Shown here in pieces: positions 35,872 through 43,726 of a DNA stretch of 64,000 nt. How positions within the stretch are numbered: position 1 is the stretch's first letter; every line of letters starts with the position of its first letter. Location of the stretch: the NCBI GenBank assembly GCA_034666125.1, contig JAXDML010000009.1, positions 975 through 64,974 on the forward strand. The letters run 5' to 3'. The notes beneath the pieces are model-generated. The model was not told where the DNA came from. It saw only the letters and a list, made by a program, of their open reading frames with translations, and ran no database searches. The DNA comes from Candidatus Parcubacteria bacterium. Its GTDB lineage: Bacteria > Patescibacteriota > Minisyncoccia > Phycocordibacterales > Phycocordibacteraceae. The translations under genes were made by a program, and so were the position numbers.

Positions 35872-36750
35872 ATGGATGCTCCTGCCGTCGATTCCGCTCT
35901 CGCCCGGTCGCTCGAGCTCTCCCTGCCGCCCGGCACGCAGGCAGTGACTGGTTCGGTCGCCGTCTCAAGGGACGGAACCTGCTATTCAGCAGGCTCAGTC
36001 GGGTCGCAGACCCATCTGCTCGACATCCCTTCCGAACTCGCCGCGCTCGTGCGGGCCGTGCAGCATAACGACGTACATATCAAGGAGGTCCGCACAGTTA
36101 CGACCGATCCCCTCGCGTCGGTCTCGCCGCTGGTGCTGAAGATACTGGCTGACCATGGCACGCGCATCGGCACCGCCATGCGATATGTCGTACAGGATAC
36201 GTCCGGGAAGATCCTGTTCGAGAGCGCCGACGTGCGCGAGCTTCTCCCGTGGTACACCGAACCGGGTACGGCTCTCGCTTCGCTAATGCAACGCACGGCG
36301 GGACCTGCGAAAAGCCGGCTCGACGAAGCGTCCGGACTGTCCATCGAGTTGCAACTACGGTCGTGGGCGCTGAGGGGCCGCGAGCGGAACTTCCCGACGT
36401 ACGACGCCGCTTCCGGGTATGGCGCGGCGGTCCTTACGAAGACCGGCGACATCTACTATGGTGGGCAATACTCGACTTATGAGCACCGCCTCGGCGTGCA
36501 TGCGGAGATGGGCGTGCTCCTGAACGCGCTCATGGACGGTGTGCGTGACATCACCCACATCGGGGTTGCCTCCTCCAAATTCCCCGACACTCCGTGCAGT
36601 CCGTGCGGATGCTGCCGCCAGCTCATGGCCGAACTCTCGCTGAAGTGCGGACTCTCGCCTGTCGTATATCTTTTCGCGTCAGAGAACGAGGAATTCGCGT
36701 TATATACCCTGGACGAGCTGTTACCTGCACAATGGACAAACAAGAAATGA
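35872..36750 (+). CDS. Tandem-duplicated cytidine/deoxycytidine deaminase-fold protein (degenerate N-terminal repeat, catalytic C-terminal repeat)
   Basis: C-terminal half: GAAVLTKTGDIYYG ... HAEMGVLLNAL ... SPCGCCRQL ... ELLP matches the cytidine deaminase H/C/C zinc motif. N-terminal half has the same fold pattern but the zinc ligands are replaced (IPSE, SPLVLKIL). Confidence 0.75.
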   Translation: MDAPAVDSALARSLELSLPPGTQAVTGSVAVSRDGTCYSAGSVGSQTHLLDIPSELAALVRAVQHNDVHIKEVRTVTTDPLASVSPLVLKILADHGTRIGTAMRYVVQDTSGKILFESADVRELLPWYTEPGTALASLMQRTAGPAKSRLDEASGLSIELQLRSWALRGRERNFPTYDAASGYGAAVLTKTGDIYYGGQYSTYEHRLGVHAEMGVLLNALMDGVRDITHIGVASSKFPDTPCSPCGCCRQLMAELSLKCGLSPVVYLFASENEEFALYTLDELLPAQWTNKK

Positions 36751-39152
36751 CTACCACAGCACGTCCCCAATTCCCCATAGTTGATGCGTTACTGCTCACG
36801 CCGCCCGAGGCCGCCGATGGCCACATCGGCATCTGCACGAATACTGCGGCGCCGGGACAGGTGTTCAACGACATCTCCGAGGAGAACCGTCCTGCGGTCT
36901 CGGTCCTGGGCCCTCTGATCGTGAGCCGCGACGGGACCGAACGGATGATCCTGAATGCGCTTGTGCATCCGACCGTCACGTATCTCATCCTCTTTTCCGA
37001 GGAGTCGCTCACCTTCTCTCCGAGCACCAATCTGCTGCTTGCCCTGATGCACGGTCTCGACGGCACGCGCGAGGGAAACTACATCGCCAAGGGAGAAGCC
37101 GCCTCGGCCCACCTCCCGAACCTTTCCAAGGACATCGTGGACCTGTTCCGCGAGAACATCACCGTGCTGCCGCTCTTCATGTCGCAGAACAAGCAGAGCG
37201 CGGCGATTACTGCCGAATATCTTGAATGGCTCGGGTCCCGCGTGCCGGAAGACGTCCTCTCCTTCCTTAAGGAGGCGAACTCGAAGGATAAGAAATACTA
37301 CGATGCGCTGAACGGGCTCATCACGCTCCTCAAGTCGGTACCGCAAAAGAAGAAGGCTATGGTCGAGCTCGATCCCAAGGACTTCCAGCAGCTGCAACCA
37401 CCCAAGATAGCCATCCCGGAAGACCACGCCCCCTCGCCAGCCCTCTTCCGCGTCACGCTCGAAGACAACCTCCTTCGTCTCGACATCGCGGTCGGCGGCA
37501 AATCGTACTTCATGCGCGGAGATGACGACTTCCGCATCGAATATTCCCTGATGAAGTTCCTGGCCGAACGCAAAGAATTGCTTACGCCGCGCGAACAGCT
37601 CCTTATCGGCGCCGAGCTCAACCGCCTCAACGTCGAACGGACTGCCGGCATCGTTTCTGAGCCATTCATAGTGCCAAGTGACGTCGCAGGCACTGAAGAG
37701 ATACTCCTTGAGCCGGCTACGGATCTTATCCCTGACCAGGAGTATTACTACAAGATAGGATTGAAGGACGACGAAGTCTCGGTGATGTGCATGGCCTTCG
37801 ACATCTGCACCGAGGTCTTCGACCTGCGCTCGAAGGGCGCGACCGGGCTCTTCGACTGGCTGGCCGAGAAGGACCGCTTCCAGGTGTACGAGATGGATAT
37901 CCTGCACCGCATGGACGTGGGTGGGCAGATCGGGCGAGCCGTCATCGCCGCGCGCTTCGGCTACTCGTTCGTACAGGACTTCTCGAGCATTTTCAAGGTG
38001 AACACTGAGACCCTGCCGCTCCTGGCCGCCGAAGGCGACTCGTTCCTCGACGTGCACCGCTCTACGCTGCTCAAGGTCTATACCGAAGGCATCACCGAGG
38101 AACACGGGGACGCACGCAAAGGCCTGTCGCGCACCGCGATCGCGCTGGCGATCTATCGTAACGCCAGGCAGGCCTTTGACCGTCTTCCCGAGATCTACAA
38201 GCAGGGCGACCTCTCGACCGAGGAGATGCGCGCGGCATATAAGGCGCAGCTCCTGCGCCTCGATCATGACGGTGACTACAGCTACGGCGAGCGCACGCGG
38301 GTCCATTTCGGTTTCGATCAGCTCGAGAGGGCGATCTCGATACTGCAAAAGGATCCTTCCCGACCTACGCTCATCCAGCGATTCGATCCGACCGTGGACA
38401 TGGGCGCGTCGCTCGATCCGGATACCGGACGGGCGGTCTATACGCATGATCCGTGCCTGACCCACGATGTCCTCTTTTGTATAGACGGGAAACTGCATTC
38501 GTTCCATATCGCTCGCGCGCATAACCTGGCGAACGCGTACCCTGAGAACGTCTTCGGTCTCTTCGATGCATACGCGAGTACCGTACGGGAGGCTCTCAAG
38601 CTCGATTCCGGCGACCTGTACATGCTCTCGAGCCGCGGGAACATCCTTCTTCTCACGGAAGAACAGCGGGTGCGCAAGATCATCGCCGAACCTTCCAAGC
38701 CTATCGGCGAGGTCGACCGCGCGAGCGGGCCGAGACTCTTCGGGGAGAACGTGCGCACCGCAGCAGGGATGGGCGGCGTATCCTACAGCACGGCCCCGCT
38801 TGAGGAAGTTCCCCTGTATGCGCATCCGGTCATCGAGCGCGTGAAAGCCTTCGAAGGCGTCGATACCCTTGCGCGCGCGACCGGCTATCTTAAGCAGAAG
38901 GGCGGCAGTCACAACAATCCGATCCTCACCACGTACCAGGCCGGGCACTCCGATCCGCAGGCAGACCATCTCGCGTTCTTTCAGGCGAATGTCTTCGGCG
39001 AGAAGCTCCACGCGACCGCTGTCTTTACCAATCATGAGCCCGTGCCGGCAGACGACCTGAAGCTCGTTTCGGCCCTTGCCACGACGTACGCGAAGGTCCT
39101 GGACGTCCCGCTCGGGAATGGAAGTATCTTTTACATCAATGGAAACGCCTGA
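36747..39152 (+). CDS. Large fusion protein: about 375-aa domain of unknown function fused to a divergent thymidylate-synthase/pyrimidine-hydroxymethylase (ThyA-fold) domain
   Basis: ATGA start/stop overlap with the preceding gene. ThyA-like blocks FGYSFVQDF, DQLERAISILQKDPSRPTLIQRFDP (compare DQI..[16 protein letters not shown]), DPCL catalytic Cys (compare PCH), HIARAHNLANAYPENVFGL (compare YQRS.D..LG.PFNIASY). The antisense 748-aa ORF is rejected on composition. Confidence 0.6.
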   Translation: MTTTARPQFPIVDALLLTPPEAADGHIGICTNTAAPGQVFNDISEENRPAVSVLGPLIVSRDGTERMILNALVHPTVTYLILFSEESLTFSPSTNLLLALMHGLDGTREGNYIAKGEAASAHLPNLSKDIVDLFRENITVLPLFMSQNKQSAAITAEYLEWLGSRVPEDVLSFLKEANSKDKKYYDALNGLITLLKSVPQKKKAMVELDPKDFQQLQPPKIAIPEDHAPSPALFRVTLEDNLLRLDIAVGGKSYFMRGDDDFRIEYSLMKFLAERKELLTPREQLLIGAELNRLNVERTAGIVSEPFIVPSDVAGTEEILLEPATDLIPDQEYYYKIGLKDDEVSVMCMAFDICTEVFDLRSKGATGLFDWLAEKDRFQVYEMDILHRMDVGGQIGRAVIAARFGYSFVQDFSSIFKVNTETLPLLAAEGDSFLDVHRSTLLKVYTEGITEEHGDARKGLSRTAIALAIYRNARQAFDRLPEIYKQGDLSTEEMRAAYKAQLLRLDHDGDYSYGERTRVHFGFDQLERAISILQKDPSRPTLIQRFDPTVDMGASLDPDTGRAVYTHDPCLTHDVLFCIDGKLHSFHIARAHNLANAYPENVFGLFDAYASTVREALKLDSGDLYMLSSRGNILLLTEEQRVRKIIAEPSKPIGEVDRASGPRLFGENVRTAAGMGGVSYSTAPLEEVPLYAHPVIERVKAFEGVDTLARATGYLKQKGGSHNNPILTTYQAGHSDPQADHLAFFQANVFGEKLHATAVFTNHEPVPADDLKLVSALATTYAKVLDVPLGNGSIFYINGNA

Positions 39153-39828
39153 CTATCTGAACGACATACGCGTGGTCGGCTTCGATCTCGATCAGACGCT
39201 GTACCCGAAGTCCCCGGTCATCGACGAGATGATCCAGTCCTACCTGTACCTGAAGATCGCCGAGCACATGGGCGTAAGCCTGGCCGAGGCCGAGAAGCTT
39301 TTCAAGGGCCGGTACCGCGGCGGGGCGGGCATGAGCGGCCGGGAGACCCTCGAAGACCTCGGTCTTCCGAACGCGTCGGACCTCGTGCAAGAGGCGCTTG
39401 AGCACGCCGACCTTACCTCGGTACTCGTGCCCGACCAGGAGACGAACCTCTTACTGGCTCGCGCGCGGGAGGCTTATGAAGGCATGGATCTCATTACGGG
39501 CTCTAACCTGGAGCAGACTCGAAAGAAGCTCGTCGCGCTGGATATAGGAATGGACGCCTTTTCACATGTCATCACTCAGGATGACGCATGGAAACTGAAC
39601 GGCGACGCGTACCGGCTTTGGCTTTCGTACTATCCGCATCTGGAACCGCATCAGTTCCTGTACGTCGGCGACCGCGCGCGAAGCGATCATGAGGTACCGG
39701 CCTCCCTCGGCATACGCACCTGCCTCGTGTACGTAGAGTCCCCGGACGTCGCCTTGCCTGCCCTGCAGCTCGTGAATCTTCGGGACCTCCGTGACATGCT
39801 TCCGCTGAAAGGTCCGACAGCCAACTAG
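39139..39828 (+). CDS. HAD-superfamily phosphatase
   Basis: Motif I VGFDLDQTLY (DxDxT) and motif IV YVGDRARSD. Overlaps the upstream stop by 14 nt. Confidence 0.65.
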   Translation: METPDYLNDIRVVGFDLDQTLYPKSPVIDEMIQSYLYLKIAEHMGVSLAEAEKLFKGRYRGGAGMSGRETLEDLGLPNASDLVQEALEHADLTSVLVPDQETNLLLARAREAYEGMDLITGSNLEQTRKKLVALDIGMDAFSHVITQDDAWKLNGDAYRLWLSYYPHLEPHQFLYVGDRARSDHEVPASLGIRTCLVYVESPDVALPALQLVNLRDLRDMLPLKGPTAN

Positions 39829-39925
39829 CCCGTCAGGCCGCGATTCTGCTTTCTCCACCCCTGTGGATAGGTGCCTCCGGATCCGCTATACTTCCAGTAG
39901 ATGCAACTTGAACCTGGAGGGTTCC

Positions 39926-40744
39926 ATGGAACTCAACGCACACGATGGCTTGGCTCAAGCCGAACTGTGGCCGGATGTTCTCTCCTTCCATGGGAGAACG
40001 TACGACCACGCAGACGCGGCGACGGCGATCCTCTCGCGGGAAACGCCGAAGCCTATCGGCATCCGGATCCAAGGCCTCCGGCCAGGAGACGTTAAGGTCG
40101 CGAAGAACGGCCTGATCCGTTTCAACTCCGAGGTTTCTCCGGAACAGCAGATCGCGTGGGCGCTTAACGTGCCGCGCGATCCAGAATTCGACGAGGAGGA
40201 CGACGGAATCATCCTGAAGGACGAGAACGACAGGAAGAATTACCTCCATTATCGGCCGGACCTGGAGAAGCTGCTGCTTGCGCTCAGGGGCATCACGCCC
40301 ACGAGGTGGCAGCGGGAGTGGTTCGCTGCGTGCAATCGCATCCGTACCGCGTGCGTGACCCATCTGATCGGTTTGGCACGCCAGATGGATGTCGTCCGGC
40401 CCGGCTATGGTTTCGAAGAACGGGTCACGGATTACTCGGACCAGCACGTGGTCCGGGTACTGAACTACGTGCCGCGGGAGGGGATCATCGCGAAGCCCCA
40501 CACGGACCGCTGCGCGATCACCTTCCATCTGGCAGAATCCGCGCCAGGTCTGTGCGCGTACAACGTCTACGAACGCCGGCCGTACGCAACGCCGAAGACG
40601 CCGTGCGCGCTTTGCTTCTCCGGCCAACAGCTGGAGCGGGTCACGCGCGGCGCAGTTCCCGCCGTCTATCACGAAGTGGAAAACAACACTCCGGGCAGGA
40701 TGCGCTGGGCACTCGTCTTCTTCGGGAAGATGCGTCCGAAATGA
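39926..40744 (+). CDS. 2-oxoglutarate/Fe(II)-dependent dioxygenase
   Basis: HxD...H facial triad (KPHTDRCAITFHL ... YHEV) and the 2OG-binding Arg (RMRWALVFF). Confidence 0.7.
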   Translation: MELNAHDGLAQAELWPDVLSFHGRTYDHADAATAILSRETPKPIGIRIQGLRPGDVKVAKNGLIRFNSEVSPEQQIAWALNVPRDPEFDEEDDGIILKDENDRKNYLHYRPDLEKLLLALRGITPTRWQREWFAACNRIRTACVTHLIGLARQMDVVRPGYGFEERVTDYSDQHVVRVLNYVPREGIIAKPHTDRCAITFHLAESAPGLCAYNVYERRPYATPKTPCALCFSGQQLERVTRGAVPAVYHEVENNTPGRMRWALVFFGKMRPK

Positions 40745-40751
40745 ATGGGTT

Positions 40752-40777
40752 CCGGCTTCGGCCGGGCCCTTTTTACT
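40752..40777 (+). terminator. Terminator for the + strand island (CCGGC ttcg GCCGG then GCCCTTTTTAC)
   Basis: Hairpin plus T-tract directly after the dioxygenase stop. Confidence 0.45.
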
Positions 40778-40780
40778 TAT

Positions 40781-40822
40781 ACGTAACAAAGACCCGCAGG
40801 ACCTTGTCCCGCGGGTCTTTGC
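40781..40822 (-). terminator. Terminator for rplK (AAAGACCCGCAGG..CGCGGGTCTTTG); T-run on the minus strand
   Basis: Convergent back-to-back terminators in the 90-bp gap. Confidence 0.5.
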
Positions 40823-40832
40823 TTTAAGAAAA

Positions 40833-41252
40833 CTACTTCACCTCTATCCCCATCGACTTCGCGGTCCCTTCTACCATGCGCTCCGCGGCTTCGATGCTGC
40901 CCGCGTTCAGGTCAGGCATCTTGGTCTCCGCGATCTCGCGGACCTGGGCCTTGGTGAGCGTGCCGGCGCGCTTGAGCGGGGTCTTGCCCGAACCCTTATC
41001 GATGCCGACGGCTTTCAAAATGAGGCGGGACATGGGAGAGACCTTGAGCACGAAGGTGAACGTGCGGTCGTCGTACACGGTCATATCGACCGGGATGATG
41101 ACGCCCGGCATATCCTTGGTCTGCTCGTTGAACTTGTTCACGAAATCGCCGATGTTGATGCCGGCGGGTCCGAGCACGGTACCGACGGGCGGAGCGGGGG
41201 TCGCCTTCCCTCCCGGGATCTGGAGCTTGATCTTCTTTACTACCTTAGCCAT
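40833..41252 (-). CDS. rplK: 50S ribosomal protein L11
   Basis: Strongly conserved L11 sequence ([26 protein letters not shown]). Confidence 0.9.
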   Translation of the reverse strand: MAKVVKKIKLQIPGGKATPAPPVGTVLGPAGINIGDFVNKFNEQTKDMPGVIIPVDMTVYDDRTFTFVLKVSPMSRLILKAVGIDKGSGKTPLKRAGTLTKAQVREIAETKMPDLNAGSIEAAERMVEGTAKSMGIEVK

Positions 41253-41275
41253 ATGAATGTGTAACGGACTGTACC

Positions 41276-41845
41276 TTAGAGTTTCCTAATCTGCAAAAAG
41301 TCGAGCTCGACCGGGGTCTCGCGGCCGAACATGGCGACCATGACCTTCACCTTGCCGCGCTCCTCGTCAATCTCGCCGATCTTCCCCTCGAGGTCCTTGA
41401 ACGGGCCGTCCATGATGACGATCGGATCGTCCTTCACGAGGTCGATGCGGTGCTTCGGCGCCTCCTGATCCATGCGCTTCATGAGGGTCGCGACCTCGGA
41501 TTCCTCCATGGGAACCGGCGTCACTCCCGAACCCACGAAGCCCGTCACGCGCGGGGTGTTGCGCACGACGAACCACGAGTCCTCGTCCACCACCATGTTC
41601 ACGAGGATATATCCCGGATAGATCTTCTCCTCCTCGATGACGCGCTTGCCGCCCTTCACCCGGATCTTCTTCTCGGTCGGGACCACGACCTGGAAGATTT
41701 TGTGTTCCATGCCGAGCGACTCGATGCGCTGTTTGAGGTTACGTTCGACAGCGTTCTCGTATCCGGCGTACGTATGGATGGTGTACCAGCGGGGCTCCTG
41801 GCTTGCCGCTTCGTCGGAGAATTCGGGGGTGGTGCGCGTATCCAT
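41276..41845 (-). CDS. nusG: Transcription termination/antitermination factor NusG
   Basis: NGN domain ([14 protein letters not shown]) and KOW motif. Confidence 0.9.
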   Translation of the reverse strand: MDTRTTPEFSDEAASQEPRWYTIHTYAGYENAVERNLKQRIESLGMEHKIFQVVVPTEKKIRVKGGKRVIEEEKIYPGYILVNMVVDEDSWFVVRNTPRVTGFVGSGVTPVPMEESEVATLMKRMDQEAPKHRIDLVKDDPIVIMDGPFKDLEGKIGEIDEERGKVKVMVAMFGRETPVELDFLQIRKL

Positions 41846-41847
41846 GA

Positions 41848-42030
41848 TTAAGAGATTAGGAAACCGACGCCTTTCGTGAAGAAATGATCGAGTATGGCGA
41901 TGAGCACTGCGGTTATCGCGGCGATGAGTATGATGAGCGCGAGATGCGTTAGCGACTGGCGCTTGGTCGGCCAGACGACATGCGAGAGCTCGGCGCGCAC
42001 GTTCTTGAGGTAGGTGACGAATGAAGTCAT
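41848..42030 (-). CDS. secE: Preprotein translocase subunit SecE
   Basis: 60 aa with a single TM, in the conserved position upstream of nusG. Confidence 0.7.
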   Translation of the reverse strand: MTSFVTYLKNVRAELSHVVWPTKRQSLTHLALIILIAAITAVLIAILDHFFTKGVGFLIS

Positions 42031-42262
42031 GGAATGGGATAATCAGCCCAAATTAAAAAAGACCCCCGGGCCTTCAATGAATACAGGATACTATGGCAGA
42101 TTTGGGGTGTCAATTACCGTATTTGGAACGAAGCTGGAACCTTACTTGGGGCTTATCTTATCGTGAACGTGAGCCCTCTATCTGGAGACTCTCTATACAC
42201 GCCTGCCGTTGTAGCAAATTGGTAAATGCTGGGCTTCGCGAATGGTCCCGCCGGGATGATGG

Positions 42263-42290
42263 TTGGCAGTCTGGGACAATGTTGGAACCG
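42263..42290. repeat. Copy 5 of the conserved site (TTGGCAGTCTGGGACAATGTTGGAACCG), abutting the NUDIX gene stop
   Basis: About 30-nt near-identity with copy 4. Confidence 0.6.
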
Positions 42291-42725
42291 CTACTTAACT
42301 TCCTCGGTGTAGCTAATACTATCAATATAGTTCTTCAGAAAAGTCCGGTGAAAATCAAGGGTATCTTCAGGCAATTTGTTTATGGGATAAAATTGCCATC
42401 CCTCACACTTATGCGGTTCACAATTTTTTATTTCACCTTCGTATTTTTCACACAAGACTGCAAATCCAAGGAATAAGACTCTCTCTTTTACGTAATGAAT
42501 AGAATTTACCGTAATCACGTTACCTTTCAGCATTGTAACGCCAACCTCTTCTTCAAGCTCGCGCTTAGACGCTTCTAAAATATTTTCCCCATTTTCTATT
42601 TGACCCCCAGGTAATGCGAAATAGCCCGAATGACTTGTATTAGTTCTTTTTCCTAAAAGAACTTTGTCTCCATTTAGTACAATTACTGCAACTCCTGCAT
42701 CAAGATTTGATGGATGGTTTCCCAT
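42291..42725 (-). CDS. NUDIX hydrolase
   Basis: Nudix box GGQIENGENILEASKRELEEEVG. Gene is markedly low-GC. Confidence 0.8.
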   Translation of the reverse strand: MGNHPSNLDAGVAVIVLNGDKVLLGKRTNTSHSGYFALPGGQIENGENILEASKRELEEEVGVTMLKGNVITVNSIHYVKERVLFLGFAVLCEKYEGEIKNCEPHKCEGWQFYPINKLPEDTLDFHRTFLKNYIDSISYTEEVK

Positions 42726-42768
42726 ACCCGAAGTATACCTAATCTACAGATTTACTTTGCAACTCTAG

Positions 42769-42789
42769 CTGGCAGACTACGTTTTGAAC
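42769..42789. repeat. Degenerate/truncated copy of the conserved site (CTGGCAGACTACGTTTTGAAC), upstream of the NUDIX gene
   Basis: Shares CTGGCAG..CT..ACG..TT.GAAC with the consensus; weaker. Confidence 0.3.
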
Positions 42790-42794
42790 TTTTA

Positions 42795-42840
42795 TGTGCA
42801 CGAAAGCAGAACCGTCCGAAAGGGCGGTTCTGCTTTTGCA
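42795..42840 (-). terminator. Hairpin terminator (AAAGCAGAACCGTCC gaaa GGGCGGTTCTGCTTT) downstream of the SIMPL gene
   Basis: 15-bp stem; flanking T-runs on both strands. Confidence 0.45.
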
Positions 42841-42855
42841 AACTATATAAGGCTT

Positions 42856-43665
42856 CTATTTGATCTCGTACGTGATGCTGACGTTCACGACCGATTCGTT
42901 CTGTCCTTGCGGAAGCGGGACAGCAGGGCGCGCCGCCATATCCATGGCTACCCCTCCGAAAGCTTTGTTCATGCTTTCGTACATCGGCATCGCATCGCCG
43001 TTCTCGCTGAAGGAAACAACGTCGCCGAGACGCACATGGAGCTGTTTGGCGAGGATATGAGCCTTCTCGCGCGCGACCTCGATGGCCTTGCCGCGCGCTT
43101 CCTCCATGACCTCTGAGTCGTCGTCCACCTGGAAGTCGGGCCCGGTGGTGTTCTGTACGCCTGCGGTGCCGAGCGCGGCGAGCACGCCAGCCGCCAGGTC
43201 GGTATTCCGAATCTTCACCGTTACCGTCTGGCTTACCTGGTACCCGACGATCTTCGGCGAGCCCTGCACGCACGGGAAGCCCGGACGGCATGGCTGGAGG
43301 GTCTCGTACTGCGGATTCGTCTGATACCCGGCCGCCTGCACGTCCTTGTCCTCGATGCCGAGCGCGCGGATGGCATCGAGCGCGGCGGTCGCCTTCCTGC
43401 TTGCCGCGTCCTGCGCCTCGGCTACGGTGCCCGCGGTCTCCTGCACCGTGAATACGACGTGCGCGATGGTCGGCGGGGTCTCGGCCTTACCGGTGCCGGT
43501 GACCGTGACCACGTTCGGACCGGCATACGGCGACTTGCCCATGCGGTCGAAGGCGTCGACCGTCTTCGCGAGGAGGAAGAGCGCGAGGAGAACGAGTACC
43601 GCGACGACCGCGTACCCGAGCAATTTCCCCTGGTCGTTGACGAATTTCTTCAAGGTTTCGTTCAT
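42856..43665 (-). CDS. SIMPL-domain (DUF541/YggE-like) periplasmic protein
   Basis: N-terminal TM, then the SIMPL pattern (VTVTGTGKAETPPTIAHVVFTV..). Confidence 0.65.
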   Translation of the reverse strand: MNETLKKFVNDQGKLLGYAVVAVLVLLALFLLAKTVDAFDRMGKSPYAGPNVVTVTGTGKAETPPTIAHVVFTVQETAGTVAEAQDAASRKATAALDAIRALGIEDKDVQAAGYQTNPQYETLQPCRPGFPCVQGSPKIVGYQVSQTVTVKIRNTDLAAGVLAALGTAGVQNTTGPDFQVDDDSEVMEEARGKAIEVAREKAHILAKQLHVRLGDVVSFSENGDAMPMYESMNKAFGGVAMDMAARPAVPLPQGQNESVVNVSITYEIK

Positions 43666-43726
43666 ATGCTGATTAGTTAAGTATGCGGTAATTGTAGCAC
43701 CTTAGGATGGGCGTATACTTCCCTCC

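Noticed and set aside
36789-39035. 748-aa ORF antisense to the large ThyA-like gene
   Set aside because: R/G/D/E-rich, Lys-poor composition typical of spurious antisense frames in high-GC DNA. The + strand frame has recognisable ThyA motifs, normal composition and translational coupling with its neighbours.
39833-40789. 318-aa ORF antisense to the 2OG oxygenase gene
   Set aside because: Arg-rich spurious frame. The sense frame has the HxD..H..R oxygenase motifs.
42031-42262. Search for tRNA-Trp, commonly found upstream of secE
   Set aside because: Could not fold a canonical cloverleaf on either strand. Only generic hairpins were seen (for example GGGGCT..AGCCC).
42093-42476. 127-aa + ORF overlapping the NUDIX gene
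   Set aside because: Antisense to a gene with a clear Nudix box; no start context.
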